From: a bacterium
GTDB lineage: Bacteria > Zhuqueibacterota > Zhuqueibacteria > Oceanimicrobiales > Oceanimicrobiaceae
Direction of reading: 5' to 3'
Assembly: GCA_046757525.1 (NCBI GenBank)
Contig: JBHHYI010000057.1
Location: 1 to 23,447, forward strand
Length of the DNA: 23,447 nucleotides
Of this stretch, positions 1 through 8,109 are shown piece after piece. Position 1 is the first letter of the stretch, and the number at the start of each line of letters is the position of its first letter. The position numbers and the translations under genes were made by a program. The notes beneath the pieces were generated by a model. It saw nothing but the letters and a program-made list of their open reading frames with translations, was not told where the DNA came from and searched no databases.

Positions 1-223
1 AAACTAAACCCTCACTGCAAAACTTGGACAAATTCAGTGCTCTTCAGTGACCTTCAGTGTTTTATTGAAATCCAAAATTAAACACTGAAGGTCACCGAAA
101 ATCACCGAAAAGCGCAAACCAAACCTTCACTGCTAATCTCAGAAAATTCGGTGCTCTTCAGTGACCTTCGGTGTTTTATTAAAAACAAAAATCAATCACT
201 GAAGCTCACCAAAATTTACCGAA
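1..223. repeat. Two tandem ~114-115 bp REP-like units, each a 30-bp-arm hairpin built from 10-bp sub-repeats
   Basis: Unit 1 starts at 1 (aaactaaaccctcactgc) and unit 2 at 116 (aaaccaaaccttcactgc). Arms are 33-62 (ttcagtgctc ttcagtgacc ttcagtgttt) / 80-109 (aaacactgaa ggtcaccgaa aatcaccgaa) and 147-176 / 194-223. The array may continue left of the window. Confidence 0.85.
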
Positions 224-242
224 CGTTGCACGTAATTTTTAC

Positions 243-270
243 TTGATTTAACAGTTTATTTTATTAAATT
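243..270 (+). promoter_or_regulatory. Putative sigma70 promoter for amrB-amrA-dgt-ecfA2
   Basis: TTGATT-N16-TAAATT in AT-rich DNA; RBS AGGTG at 301-305 before ATG 313. Confidence 0.35.
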
Positions 271-312
271 GAATTTAAGCTGCTTATTTTTTTCAAAGGT
301 AGGTGATTTGCC

Positions 313-1155
313 ATGAGTGCAGTAAATAAGGATGAAATTCGTAAGCCTGCGGTTGCCAACGCATTTTATCCTGGTGAGGCACAGATATTGGATCACGAGA
401 TTGAAGAATTGTTCAATCAGGTAAAACCGGTGGAGCTTCAGGGAAGCATCAAGGCACTGGTGAGTCCGCACGCGGGCATCATGTACTCCGGGCCGGTGGC
501 GGCCACAGGTTACAAATGTTTGCTGACTGGCGACTTTCCCGTGGTTGCCATCATCGCTCCCAGCCATCGCGAGTATTTCCCGGGTGTTTCAGTCTTCAAC
601 GGTAAGGGCTACCAGACGCCGTTAGGCGTGGTGCCGGTGGCTTCCGATTTGGCCGACTTGCTGATTGCTCAAAATCAAAGGATTGTCTCCTCCTGGGCGG
701 GACACAAGACCGAGCATGCGCTGGAAGTGCAGCTACCCTTTTTGCAAAAAGTTTTGGGGGCATTTAAGTTGATTCCCATCGTCATGGGCGATCAGAACTA
801 TGAGACCTGCGCCCTGTTGGGGGAAGCTCTTTCTGTCGTTCTGGAGGAAGTACCCGCCCTGGTCGTCGCCAGCTCTGACCTGTCCCATTACCACAATTAT
901 TTCGAGGCGGTGCAGATCGACAACAAAACCGTCAACCTGGTCGAGAGCTTCGAAGAACACAAGTTAGCAGATGCGATCGAAACAGGAATCTGTGAAGCCT
1001 GTGGCGGAGGGCCTATTGTCACCGCCATGATCGCCGGCAAGAACATCGGCGCCGACACCGCAAAAGTTCTATTATACAGGAATTCCGGGGATGTAACCGG
1101 AGATTACACGGCTGTGGTAGGATATCTGTCGGCAGCCTTTTCTCAACTAAATTAG
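313..1155 (+). CDS. amrB: AmmeMemoRadiSam system protein B (MEMO1 family)
   Basis: Motifs RKPAVAxxFYP, PHAG, PSH, EHALEVQLPFLQ, SSDLSHY, ACGG, NSGD and VVGY; adjacent to an AMMECR1 gene. Confidence 0.93.
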   Translation: MSAVNKDEIRKPAVANAFYPGEAQILDHEIEELFNQVKPVELQGSIKALVSPHAGIMYSGPVAATGYKCLLTGDFPVVAIIAPSHREYFPGVSVFNGKGYQTPLGVVPVASDLADLLIAQNQRIVSSWAGHKTEHALEVQLPFLQKVLGAFKLIPIVMGDQNYETCALLGEALSVVLEEVPALVVASSDLSHYHNYFEAVQIDNKTVNLVESFEEHKLADAIETGICEACGGGPIVTAMIAGKNIGADTAKVLLYRNSGDVTGDYTAVVGYLSAAFSQLN

Positions 1156-1203
1156 CTGCACCACCCAATATTGATGCAACACTGCCCTCAGGAGGTGGTG
1201 ATC

Positions 1204-1794
1204 TTGTTCAAAAAAAAACGCAGAAATGTCCTTTCAGAAGAAGAACAAATCTACATTTTAGACTTTGCCAGAAAGAGCATCGAAGCCAAGATAAGAGGAG
1301 CCGACCCGCCACGGTTTGAGGCAGATTATTCCAACTTAAAAGCGCAACGAGGCGCATTCGTTACGTTGTACAACAGAGGCAACCTCAGGGGGTGTATTGG
1401 CACAATTTCCAGTACCAAGCCCCTCTATGAGACCATTCAGGAGGTGGCGCAAGCGGCAGCCTTTCAGGATCCGCGATTTCAACCCTTGTCCGAATCGGAG
1501 TTGTCGAAAATCAGCATCGAAATTTCCGTGCTGACCCCGCTCAAAAAAATCAAGAACTTCAAGAGAATAAAAATCGGGCGACACGGGATTTTCGTGAAAT
1601 CCGGGGAGGCGCATGGCCTGTTACTCCCGCAAGTTGCGGTAAACAACCACTGGGACCGCAAAACCTTTCTGCAACATACGTGCATCAAGGCCGGGTTGCC
1701 CAAAGACGCCTGGCAAAAAGACGACACAGAAATCATGATTTTTGGCGCGCAAGTTTTTGAAGAAGAATCGCATGAAGAAGCCACAAGTGAGTAG
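1204..1794 (+). CDS. amrA: AmmeMemoRadiSam system protein A (AMMECR1 family)
   Basis: Motifs GAFVTL, LRGCIG, AAFQDPRF, IEISVLT and GLLLPQVA. Start refined from 1171 to TTG 1204, which follows RBS GGAGGTG (1191-1197). Confidence 0.92.
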   Translation: MFKKKRRNVLSEEEQIYILDFARKSIEAKIRGADPPRFEADYSNLKAQRGAFVTLYNRGNLRGCIGTISSTKPLYETIQEVAQAAAFQDPRFQPLSESELSKISIEISVLTPLKKIKNFKRIKIGRHGIFVKSGEAHGLLLPQVAVNNHWDRKTFLQHTCIKAGLPKDAWQKDDTEIMIFGAQVFEEESHEEATSE

Positions 1795-3169
1795 CGCAGA
1801 CCCTTTCAGGCAACGCACACGCCAGGACTTGGAAAAATTAGAAGAAAGCGCCTTAGCCCCGTTCGCACAAAGGAGTCGGGCTGCACACCGCACCCGCCAA
1901 TTTGAGGAGCCAGAACACCCTTACCGCACGGCCTTTCAGAGGGATCGCGACCGCATCATCCACTCCCGCGCTTTCAGACGTCTGAAGCACAAAAGACAGG
2001 TGTTTCTCACCAATGCCAGCGACCACTATCGTACGCGGATTACCCACACGCTGGAAGTCGCGCAGCTTTCCCGCACCATCGCCCGCGCGCTGGGGCTCAA
2101 CGAGGATCTGGTGGAAGCCATTGCACTGGGACACGACCTGGGGCACACGCCGTTTGGTCACCTGGGCGAAGTTGTGCTGGACAAAATCATGACCGGCAAG
2201 GTGACTCTCAGAGGCCAACAAAAAGGCAACAATTTTGGCGGCTTCAAGCACAATTACCAGAGCATTCGCGTGGTGGATTATTTGGAAAAGAAGTACGCCT
2301 TTAACGGGCTCAATCTGACCGCCCCGGTGCGTGAGGGTATCTTGAAACACACCCGCCTGAAACGCGGCCACTACAACTACCCCGATTTCAATTACCAGGG
2401 TCTGCATTTCGAGCAAGACTGGGCTTCGAATTTAGAAGGTCAGGTGGTCGCCATTTGCGACGAGATCGCGCAGAGAACCCACGACCTGGAAGATGGCATT
2501 CGCGCAGGTCTGGTGCCTATGGATCGGGTGCGAGAATTGCCCATCGTTAAAAAGGTGGAAAACCAGCGCAACTTGACTGCCCTGGCCAAGACGGATGGCT
2601 GGCTGTATCTGGGACTGATGATCCGGGGATTAATCAATGAATTGGTGGACGATGTTATTCGGCACTTTTTCGCGAACCTGACAAAATACGCCACAAAACA
2701 CGCCAGGCTGCAAGCCTTCGACTGTGAGATCGTGAATTTCAGCGCTGAAATGGATCCGCTGCAAAAACAGTTGAACAAATTCATCTACAAAGAAATCATT
2801 GAATTCTCCAGGCTCAATTGGGAGGATGAAATGGGAGAAAAGCTTCTCTCCCGACTGTTTGAGGCCTATTTCAACTATCCCGGCTTGCTGCCTGAATACG
2901 TGCTGGAAAAGTACTTTCTGGACAAGGGAGTGGCCTATTCCAAAGCGTCTATCGAAGCAGAACGCCAGGTCTTGAATCTGCAGCAGGACGACCTTTTTTT
3001 GCGCTTGATTTGCGACCATGTTGCAGGGATGACGGACAACTTTGCCATTCACGAAGCCGAACGAATTTCTCGCCAGGATAAAATTCAAGTGTCCGACCTC
3101 CACTTGGACTTCGCGCTGGGAACGGAGAACTCTGCCAACCAACAACCATTACAGAAAAGTCTGATCTGA
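1772..3169 (+). CDS. dgt: dGTP/dNTP triphosphohydrolase (HD domain)
   Basis: Motifs RTAFQRDRDRIIHSRAFRRLKHKRQVF, RTRITHTLEV, GHDLGHTPFGHLGE, HDLEDG and C-terminal DHVAGMTD. ATG 1772 preferred over TTG 1742. Confidence 0.92.
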   Translation: MKKPQVSSADPFRQRTRQDLEKLEESALAPFAQRSRAAHRTRQFEEPEHPYRTAFQRDRDRIIHSRAFRRLKHKRQVFLTNASDHYRTRITHTLEVAQLSRTIARALGLNEDLVEAIALGHDLGHTPFGHLGEVVLDKIMTGKVTLRGQQKGNNFGGFKHNYQSIRVVDYLEKKYAFNGLNLTAPVREGILKHTRLKRGHYNYPDFNYQGLHFEQDWASNLEGQVVAICDEIAQRTHDLEDGIRAGLVPMDRVRELPIVKKVENQRNLTALAKTDGWLYLGLMIRGLINELVDDVIRHFFANLTKYATKHARLQAFDCEIVNFSAEMDPLQKQLNKFIYKEIIEFSRLNWEDEMGEKLLSRLFEAYFNYPGLLPEYVLEKYFLDKGVAYSKASIEAERQVLNLQQDDLFLRLICDHVAGMTDNFAIHEAERISRQDKIQVSDLHLDFALGTENSANQQPLQKSLI

Positions 3170-3170
3170 A

Positions 3171-4031
3171 TTGCAGATAAAGTTTGAAAACGTGTCATTT
3201 AGATTCAAGGCCCTGGGTGCCAGCCCACGCAACGCCTTAGACCGTGTCGATTTAGAGATAGAATCGGGCGAGTTTTTGGCTCTGGTGGGGGCTTCAGGAT
3301 CGGGCAAGACCACGCTCATGCAACATCTTACCGGGCTGTTGCAACCGGACCAGGGCCGAGTGCTCATCGATGGCGTCGACCTGCGGGCCAAGTCCACCAG
3401 GCTGGATCAAATCAGGCGGCGCGTGGGTCTGGTGTTTCAATTTCCGGAAAGCCAGCTCTTTGAAACCACGGTGTACGACGATGTGGCCTTTGGGCCGCGT
3501 AACTTAGAGCTGACCGACCAGGAGATCGAGCACAGGGTGCGGCAGGCGCTCCAGCTTGTGGCGTTAAATTTCCAGCAGTTCAAGGAGCGTTCACCCTTGT
3601 TTTTGAGTGAGGGTGAAAAACGACGCGTCGCCATAGCCGGAATCATAGCCATGCAGCCGGAATTCCTGGCCCTGGACGAACCCACTGCCGGCCTGGATTA
3701 TTCCGGTGTGCAGGCTGTCACGAAAATAATGAAATCTCTACACGCCCGCGGCACCTCGATTCTGCTGATTTCACACAGCCTGGAGCTGGTAGCCGCCCTG
3801 GTTCCGCGAGTCGTGGTGCTCCGGGCCGGGAAAATCATCTTTGACGGCACCCCAACTGAGTTGTTTGACCAGCCAGGGGTCTTGCAAGCCACGGGGCTGG
3901 AAGTGCCGAGAATCCAAAAGTTGGCCAAAATGTTAAGAGAAAGGGGGTGGATTGATTCAAACGAAACCTGTTTTGATCTACCCAAACTCAAGCAGGCGCT
4001 GGCAAGAAAGAGCAGTGCTCAACCAAACTGA
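3171..4031 (+). CDS. ecfA2: Energy-coupling-factor transporter ATPase (EcfA2/CbiO-like)
   Basis: Walker A GASGSGKT, ECF Q-helix VFQFPESQLF, DVAFGPRNL, signature variant LSEGEKRRVAIAG, LDEPTAGLD and ISH. Confidence 0.85.
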   Translation: MQIKFENVSFRFKALGASPRNALDRVDLEIESGEFLALVGASGSGKTTLMQHLTGLLQPDQGRVLIDGVDLRAKSTRLDQIRRRVGLVFQFPESQLFETTVYDDVAFGPRNLELTDQEIEHRVRQALQLVALNFQQFKERSPLFLSEGEKRRVAIAGIIAMQPEFLALDEPTAGLDYSGVQAVTKIMKSLHARGTSILLISHSLELVAALVPRVVVLRAGKIIFDGTPTELFDQPGVLQATGLEVPRIQKLAKMLRERGWIDSNETCFDLPKLKQALARKSSAQPN

Positions 4032-4274
4032 GAATCCGCTTCGACCTTGCAGGTGACCCAAAACCATCCAGTGCACGAAAAACAGCCGATTTTTACAGAG
4101 CCCAGGCTAATTCCTTTTCATTTCTCCACCGTTCGTATAATTTCCTCCCAATCCTAAGAATGAACAATTTCAGAAATGTAACCTACTATATTTAGACAGC
4201 TTAAAAATTACATACGGGCCAATAGAACAAGATCGACTGCATGAATAAGTACACGAGTGGCGCCAAATCACAAG

Positions 4275-4291
4275 TTGGCACAATCCTTGCT
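4275..4291 (+). promoter_or_regulatory. sigma54 -24/-12 promoter upstream of the activator gene
   Basis: TTGGCACAATCCTTGCT matches TGGCAC-N5-TTGC with exact GG-N10-GC spacing, about 100 bp upstream of ATG 4395. Confidence 0.75.
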
Positions 4292-4394
4292 AAATAAAGA
4301 TTTTACTTGGCTGCATTCCTGTTTTTCTATTAACCAGAATTCTAAATCAACTCCGACAACTCAGTACGAACTAACCGAGGGGATAAACTTTAAG

Positions 4395-5534
4395 ATGTCA
4401 GTTGCACTTGTCGATAAATACTTTGACGAGGACTACGACCTCGAACTTCTGGAAGAGATAAAACGCCATTCAATGCTGAAATTGAAAGAATTGCACAAGA
4501 CTAAGGACGCAGAACATAATTTTGGAAAGAATTTTGGTTTTGATTTCCATTATCCTCTGGTCAGTCGCAGTCCCGAAATCAGAGAAATATTCAATCTCAT
4601 TAAGAAGGTTGCCAAGAGCAACGCTTCTATTCTCATCCAGGGAGAAACTGGAACGGGCAAAGAACTGATCGCCAGCCTGATTCAATTCATCAGTCACCGT
4701 TCCAACAAACCGTTTGTGAAAGTCAATTGTGCGGCCTTGCCAGAGAATCTGCTGGAAAGCGAGCTCTTCGGGCATGAGAAAGGCTCGTTTACCGGGGCGT
4801 ACCAGACCCGCATCGGCAAGTTCGAGGAGGCCAACGGTGGCACGCTCTTCCTGGACGAGATTGGTGATATGCACCTGGCCACGCAAGCGAAGATTTTGCG
4901 CGTGCTTCAGGATCAGACTTTTACCAGACTGGGGGGCAACAAAACCATCTGTGTCGACGTGCGCATCATTGCTGCAACAAACAAGGAACTCATCGACGAG
5001 ATCGAAGCCGGAAATTTCCGCGCCGATCTCTATTATCGTCTCAATGTCGTCTCCCTGCACGTACCGCCTCTGAGAAAACGCAAAGAGGACATCCCCATCA
5101 TTGTTGAATTCTTTCGCAGAAAATTTTCACAAGAGCTGCGCAAGGAAACCCGCGGCTTCTGCGACGAAACCATGGCCCTGCTGAAGAATCATTCCTGGCC
5201 GGGCAATATCCGTGAATTGCGTAACCTGATCGAACGTGCCGTTTTGGTGGCTGAAGAAAACAAGTTGATCACTCCGAAGGATTTGGCCATGTCCGGCAAA
5301 GACTACTTTGCCGCCGGTGGCACCGATCGCCGCCAACATCCCAACGGAGAGTTGTTGAACCTGAATACCCTTAATCTTGAAAAGGTAGAGAAGGAGGTAA
5401 TTCTGCGTTCTCTAACCGTGTGCAATTGGGTTCAAAAAGAGGCAGCCAATCTGCTGGGCATCTCTGCCAGAGCGTTGAATTACAAAATCAATTTTCACAA
5501 AATCACGCACCCCTCCTGGAAAAAGAATAATTAG
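4395..5534 (+). CDS. sigma54-dependent enhancer-binding protein (AAA+ plus Fis HTH), no recognisable N-terminal sensor domain
   Basis: Motifs GETGTGKE, NCAA, ESELFGHEKGSFTGA, LFLDEIG, FRADLYYRL, WPGNIREL and HTH QKEAANLLGIS. Start refined from GTG 4257 to ATG 4395: RBS GAGGGG precedes it, and the longer start would run through the sigma54 promoter. Confidence 0.92.
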   Translation: MSVALVDKYFDEDYDLELLEEIKRHSMLKLKELHKTKDAEHNFGKNFGFDFHYPLVSRSPEIREIFNLIKKVAKSNASILIQGETGTGKELIASLIQFISHRSNKPFVKVNCAALPENLLESELFGHEKGSFTGAYQTRIGKFEEANGGTLFLDEIGDMHLATQAKILRVLQDQTFTRLGGNKTICVDVRIIAATNKELIDEIEAGNFRADLYYRLNVVSLHVPPLRKRKEDIPIIVEFFRRKFSQELRKETRGFCDETMALLKNHSWPGNIRELRNLIERAVLVAEENKLITPKDLAMSGKDYFAAGGTDRRQHPNGELLNLNTLNLEKVEKEVILRSLTVCNWVQKEAANLLGISARALNYKINFHKITHPSWKKNN

Positions 5535-5555
5535 CCACCTGCATGGCTCAATGCC

Positions 5556-5603
5556 ATTCCTAAAATTCGGAATCAGGCCAGCGATTTTCCTATTTTTGAG
5601 AAA
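5556..5603. promoter_or_regulatory. Candidate tandem upstream activator sites for a sigma54 EBP
   Basis: ATTCC-TAAAATTC-GGAAT (5556-5573) and TTTCC-TATTTTTG-AGAAA (5586-5603) are related 18-bp dyads 30 bp apart, 70-120 bp upstream of the -24 box. Confidence 0.5.
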
Positions 5604-5675
5604 GCCACGTCGTCGTTTTTTCAGATGACACCTCATAGGTTCTTAAAAAACAAAACGTCTGGATTAGCCTTAGAA

Positions 5676-5691
5676 TGGTACGATCCTTGCT
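5676..5691 (+). promoter_or_regulatory. sigma54 -24/-12 promoter of the oxidoreductase operon
   Basis: TGGTACGATCCTTGCT with GG-N10-GC spacing; shares ATCCTTGCT with the 4275 promoter. Confidence 0.75.
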
Positions 5692-5826
5692 TTTACCCCC
5701 CAGAAATCTGCCCCAAAAATCGATAATGTCCGTTGGTTTCGCGCTAGTTCACACCCTCACCGGGTGGAGGCTGATTCCGTCTGCTCGTTTGGCTCTTTCA
5801 ATTTACAAAAAGGGAGCAATCCTGTC

Positions 5827-8109
5827 ATGATAGAAGTGAGAGGTCACGCGCGCGGTGGCCAGGGGATGGTCACCGCTTTCGAAATTCTGGCCAAAATATT
5901 CAGCCAAATCGGTGACTTGCAGGTGCAGTCCTTTCCCGCCTTCGGGGTGGAACGAACCGGAGCACCCATTCAAGCCTTCCTCCGCATTGCCCATCATGAA
6001 ATTCTCAACCGCAGCAATGGTTACCATCCCCACCTGATCGTGGTGTTTGACGAGACGCTCATCGAGCAAGTTCCTGTCTTTGAAGGCTTACGCGAACAGG
6101 GCGCCATCCTGTTGAACACGGAAAGAGGAGCCTCAGAGTTCAAAAAGCAAGCCAAGAACGTTTACACCGTCCCGGCGACACAAATATCCATCGACAAAGG
6201 ATTGGGGAGCAAATCCCTGCCGATTGTCAACGCCGCTATGATGGGTGCGATCGTCCGAATTCTGAAAGCCGACATCGCAGTGGCGGCCAGGATCATCAGC
6301 GAGAATGTGCCGGCCAAACCTCAAGCCAACGCCGAAGCGGCCCGCCTTGCCTACAATAGCGTTGTCGAAGGGGAAGGAACTGAATCAGGCTTAGCTACCC
6401 TGTTAAGGCAAGATGAACCCTCAACCGCCCCGGTTGAAGTCAGCGACTTCGCAGCGGAAAGAACCGTGCGCCACGCTGAAGCGGACTTCCCCACCACACC
6501 CGCCTGGAGCGAACCCATGTCACGCAACAAAACGGGAAATTGGCGCGCGCTGACCCCCAAATATGAGGTCAGGCAAGCCCCCTGCATCACCAATTGCCCG
6601 GCGGGAACGGATGTGCGCCTGTTTGTCAAGCTCGCCGCCGAAGGCGACTTCAAAGCGGCTTATGAAACGATCTATCAGAACAATCCGTTCGCGGCTACTT
6701 GCGGCCGGGTCTGCCCCCATTTCTGTCAGCAGAATTGCAACCGCATCGAACTTGACGAAGGACTCAACATTGGCGCCATCGAACGATTTCTCGGGGATTA
6801 CGGCGTCCAGCAGGAGGCTCGGCCTGCTGACATTCGATTCAAAGAAAAAATCGCGGTCATCGGTTCCGGACCGGCGGGACTCACCGCAGCGCTACGGCTG
6901 CGGCAAAAAGGCTACCAGACCACGGTGTTCGAGGCGCTGCCACAGCCTGGCGGGATGATGCGAAGCGGCATTCCTGAGTTCAGATTACCGCAAAGGGTTC
7001 TGAACCAGGAAATCGCGCGAATCGTCAACGAAGGCGTGACAATCAAACTGCGCTCGAAAGTCACTGTGCAAGAGCTCGAGAACGACTATTCGGCCATCGT
7101 TGTGGCCACGGGGTCTCACATCGGCACGAGAATGAATATCCCCAATGAAGCTTTGGCACTGGAGGGCATCAAGTTCTTGCACGACTTCAAGCTGAACGGC
7201 GACAGCAGCGGCGTGCGCCAGGGCGACCAGGTGGCGGTCATCGGCGGCGGCAATACGGCGATCGATGTGGCGCGAACGGTGCTCAGATTGGGCGGTCAAC
7301 CCACCATCTACTATCGCAGAACCAGGCAGGAGATGCCGGCCATTCATCACGAGGTCGAGGAAGCAGAAGCAGAGGGGGTGAGCATAGAGTTTCTCAGAGC
7401 ACCGGTGGAAATCGAAAAAGGCGTTGACGGCCACCTCATCGTGACCATGATTCATACGGAATTGGGCGAACCCGATGACTCCGGCCGCAGAAAACCGCTG
7501 CCCGTGGCCGGTTCGGAAATGGACGTGATCGTGGACAAGATCATCATGGCCGTGGGCCAGAAGTATGACGATTTTGCTTTCTCCGGAAGACGGATAAAAC
7601 CTCGTCAGGGCCGAAGCGATTTTTCAGCCAACGTGCCGGTGTTCTGCGGCGGCGATATGGCCTGGGGTGGCACGGTCACGGAAGCCATCGGCAGCGGCAA
7701 CAGCGTTGCTAAAGAAGTGCATGCCTATCTCAGGCAGGAAGCGTTCACCGAAAAGCATCTCCAGGAAGATATCGTGCTGCCGAACGAGATTAATTTCGCT
7801 TACTACCTCCCTACCGCGAGCCACCACAATCCAATGAGAGGCAATGGGCACCTAATGGGCGATTTTAGCGAGGTGGTTGGCGGCCTGACAGCCGAGGAAG
7901 TGCGTGCCGAAGCGAGCAGATGTTTGCATTGCGGCGACTGCTACAGTTGCGGAAACTGCTACAACTATTGCCCCGACGCCGCCATCCACATCGACGAGAG
8001 CAACCGCCTGAGAATCGATTACGACTACTGCAAAGGCTGCGGAATATGCTTCCAGGAATGTCCGTGCGCTGCCATTACACTAAGAAAGCAAGAGGTTGAT
8101 TATGAGTGA
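5827..8109 (+). CDS. 2-oxoacid:acceptor oxidoreductase gamma subunit fused to a delta ferredoxin that contains a GltD/DsrL-like FAD/NADP(H) domain
   Basis: Gamma motifs ARGGQG, FGVERTGAP and NAAMMGA. Delta N-motif KTGNWR. Fe-S motifs PCITNCP and CGRVCPHFCQQNC. FAD motif GSGPAG, GIPEFRLP, nucleotide site GGGNTAID...YRRT, and RCLHC. C-terminal CYSCGNCYNYCP and IDYDYCKGCGICFQECP. ATG 5827 follows RBS AGGGAG (track start 5764). Confidence 0.9.
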   Translation: MIEVRGHARGGQGMVTAFEILAKIFSQIGDLQVQSFPAFGVERTGAPIQAFLRIAHHEILNRSNGYHPHLIVVFDETLIEQVPVFEGLREQGAILLNTERGASEFKKQAKNVYTVPATQISIDKGLGSKSLPIVNAAMMGAIVRILKADIAVAARIISENVPAKPQANAEAARLAYNSVVEGEGTESGLATLLRQDEPSTAPVEVSDFAAERTVRHAEADFPTTPAWSEPMSRNKTGNWRALTPKYEVRQAPCITNCPAGTDVRLFVKLAAEGDFKAAYETIYQNNPFAATCGRVCPHFCQQNCNRIELDEGLNIGAIERFLGDYGVQQEARPADIRFKEKIAVIGSGPAGLTAALRLRQKGYQTTVFEALPQPGGMMRSGIPEFRLPQRVLNQEIARIVNEGVTIKLRSKVTVQELENDYSAIVVATGSHIGTRMNIPNEALALEGIKFLHDFKLNGDSSGVRQGDQVAVIGGGNTAIDVARTVLRLGGQPTIYYRRTRQEMPAIHHEVEEAEAEGVSIEFLRAPVEIEKGVDGHLIVTMIHTELGEPDDSGRRKPLPVAGSEMDVIVDKIIMAVGQKYDDFAFSGRRIKPRQGRSDFSANVPVFCGGDMAWGGTVTEAIGSGNSVAKEVHAYLRQEAFTEKHLQEDIVLPNEINFAYYLPTASHHNPMRGNGHLMGDFSEVVGGLTAEEVRAEASRCLHCGDCYSCGNCYNYCPDAAIHIDESNRLRIDYDYCKGCGICFQECPCAAITLRKQEVDYE

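Noticed and set aside
1..223. CRISPR array
   Set aside because: Only two ~114-bp units, similar along their whole length, with no unique spacers and no cas genes.
4257..4394. 46-aa N-terminal extension of the EBP as a sensor domain
   Set aside because: It overlaps the sigma54 promoter and leader, and a plausible RBS precedes ATG 4395.
4768..4800. GSFTGA as a sign of an inactive, sigma54-independent EBP
   Set aside because: GSFTGA is a common functional variant of GAFTGA, and the key FT residues are intact.
5827..8109. Glutamate synthase small subunit or a true DsrL
   Set aside because: No gltB or dsr genes nearby, and the domain is fused within oxoacid oxidoreductase subunits.
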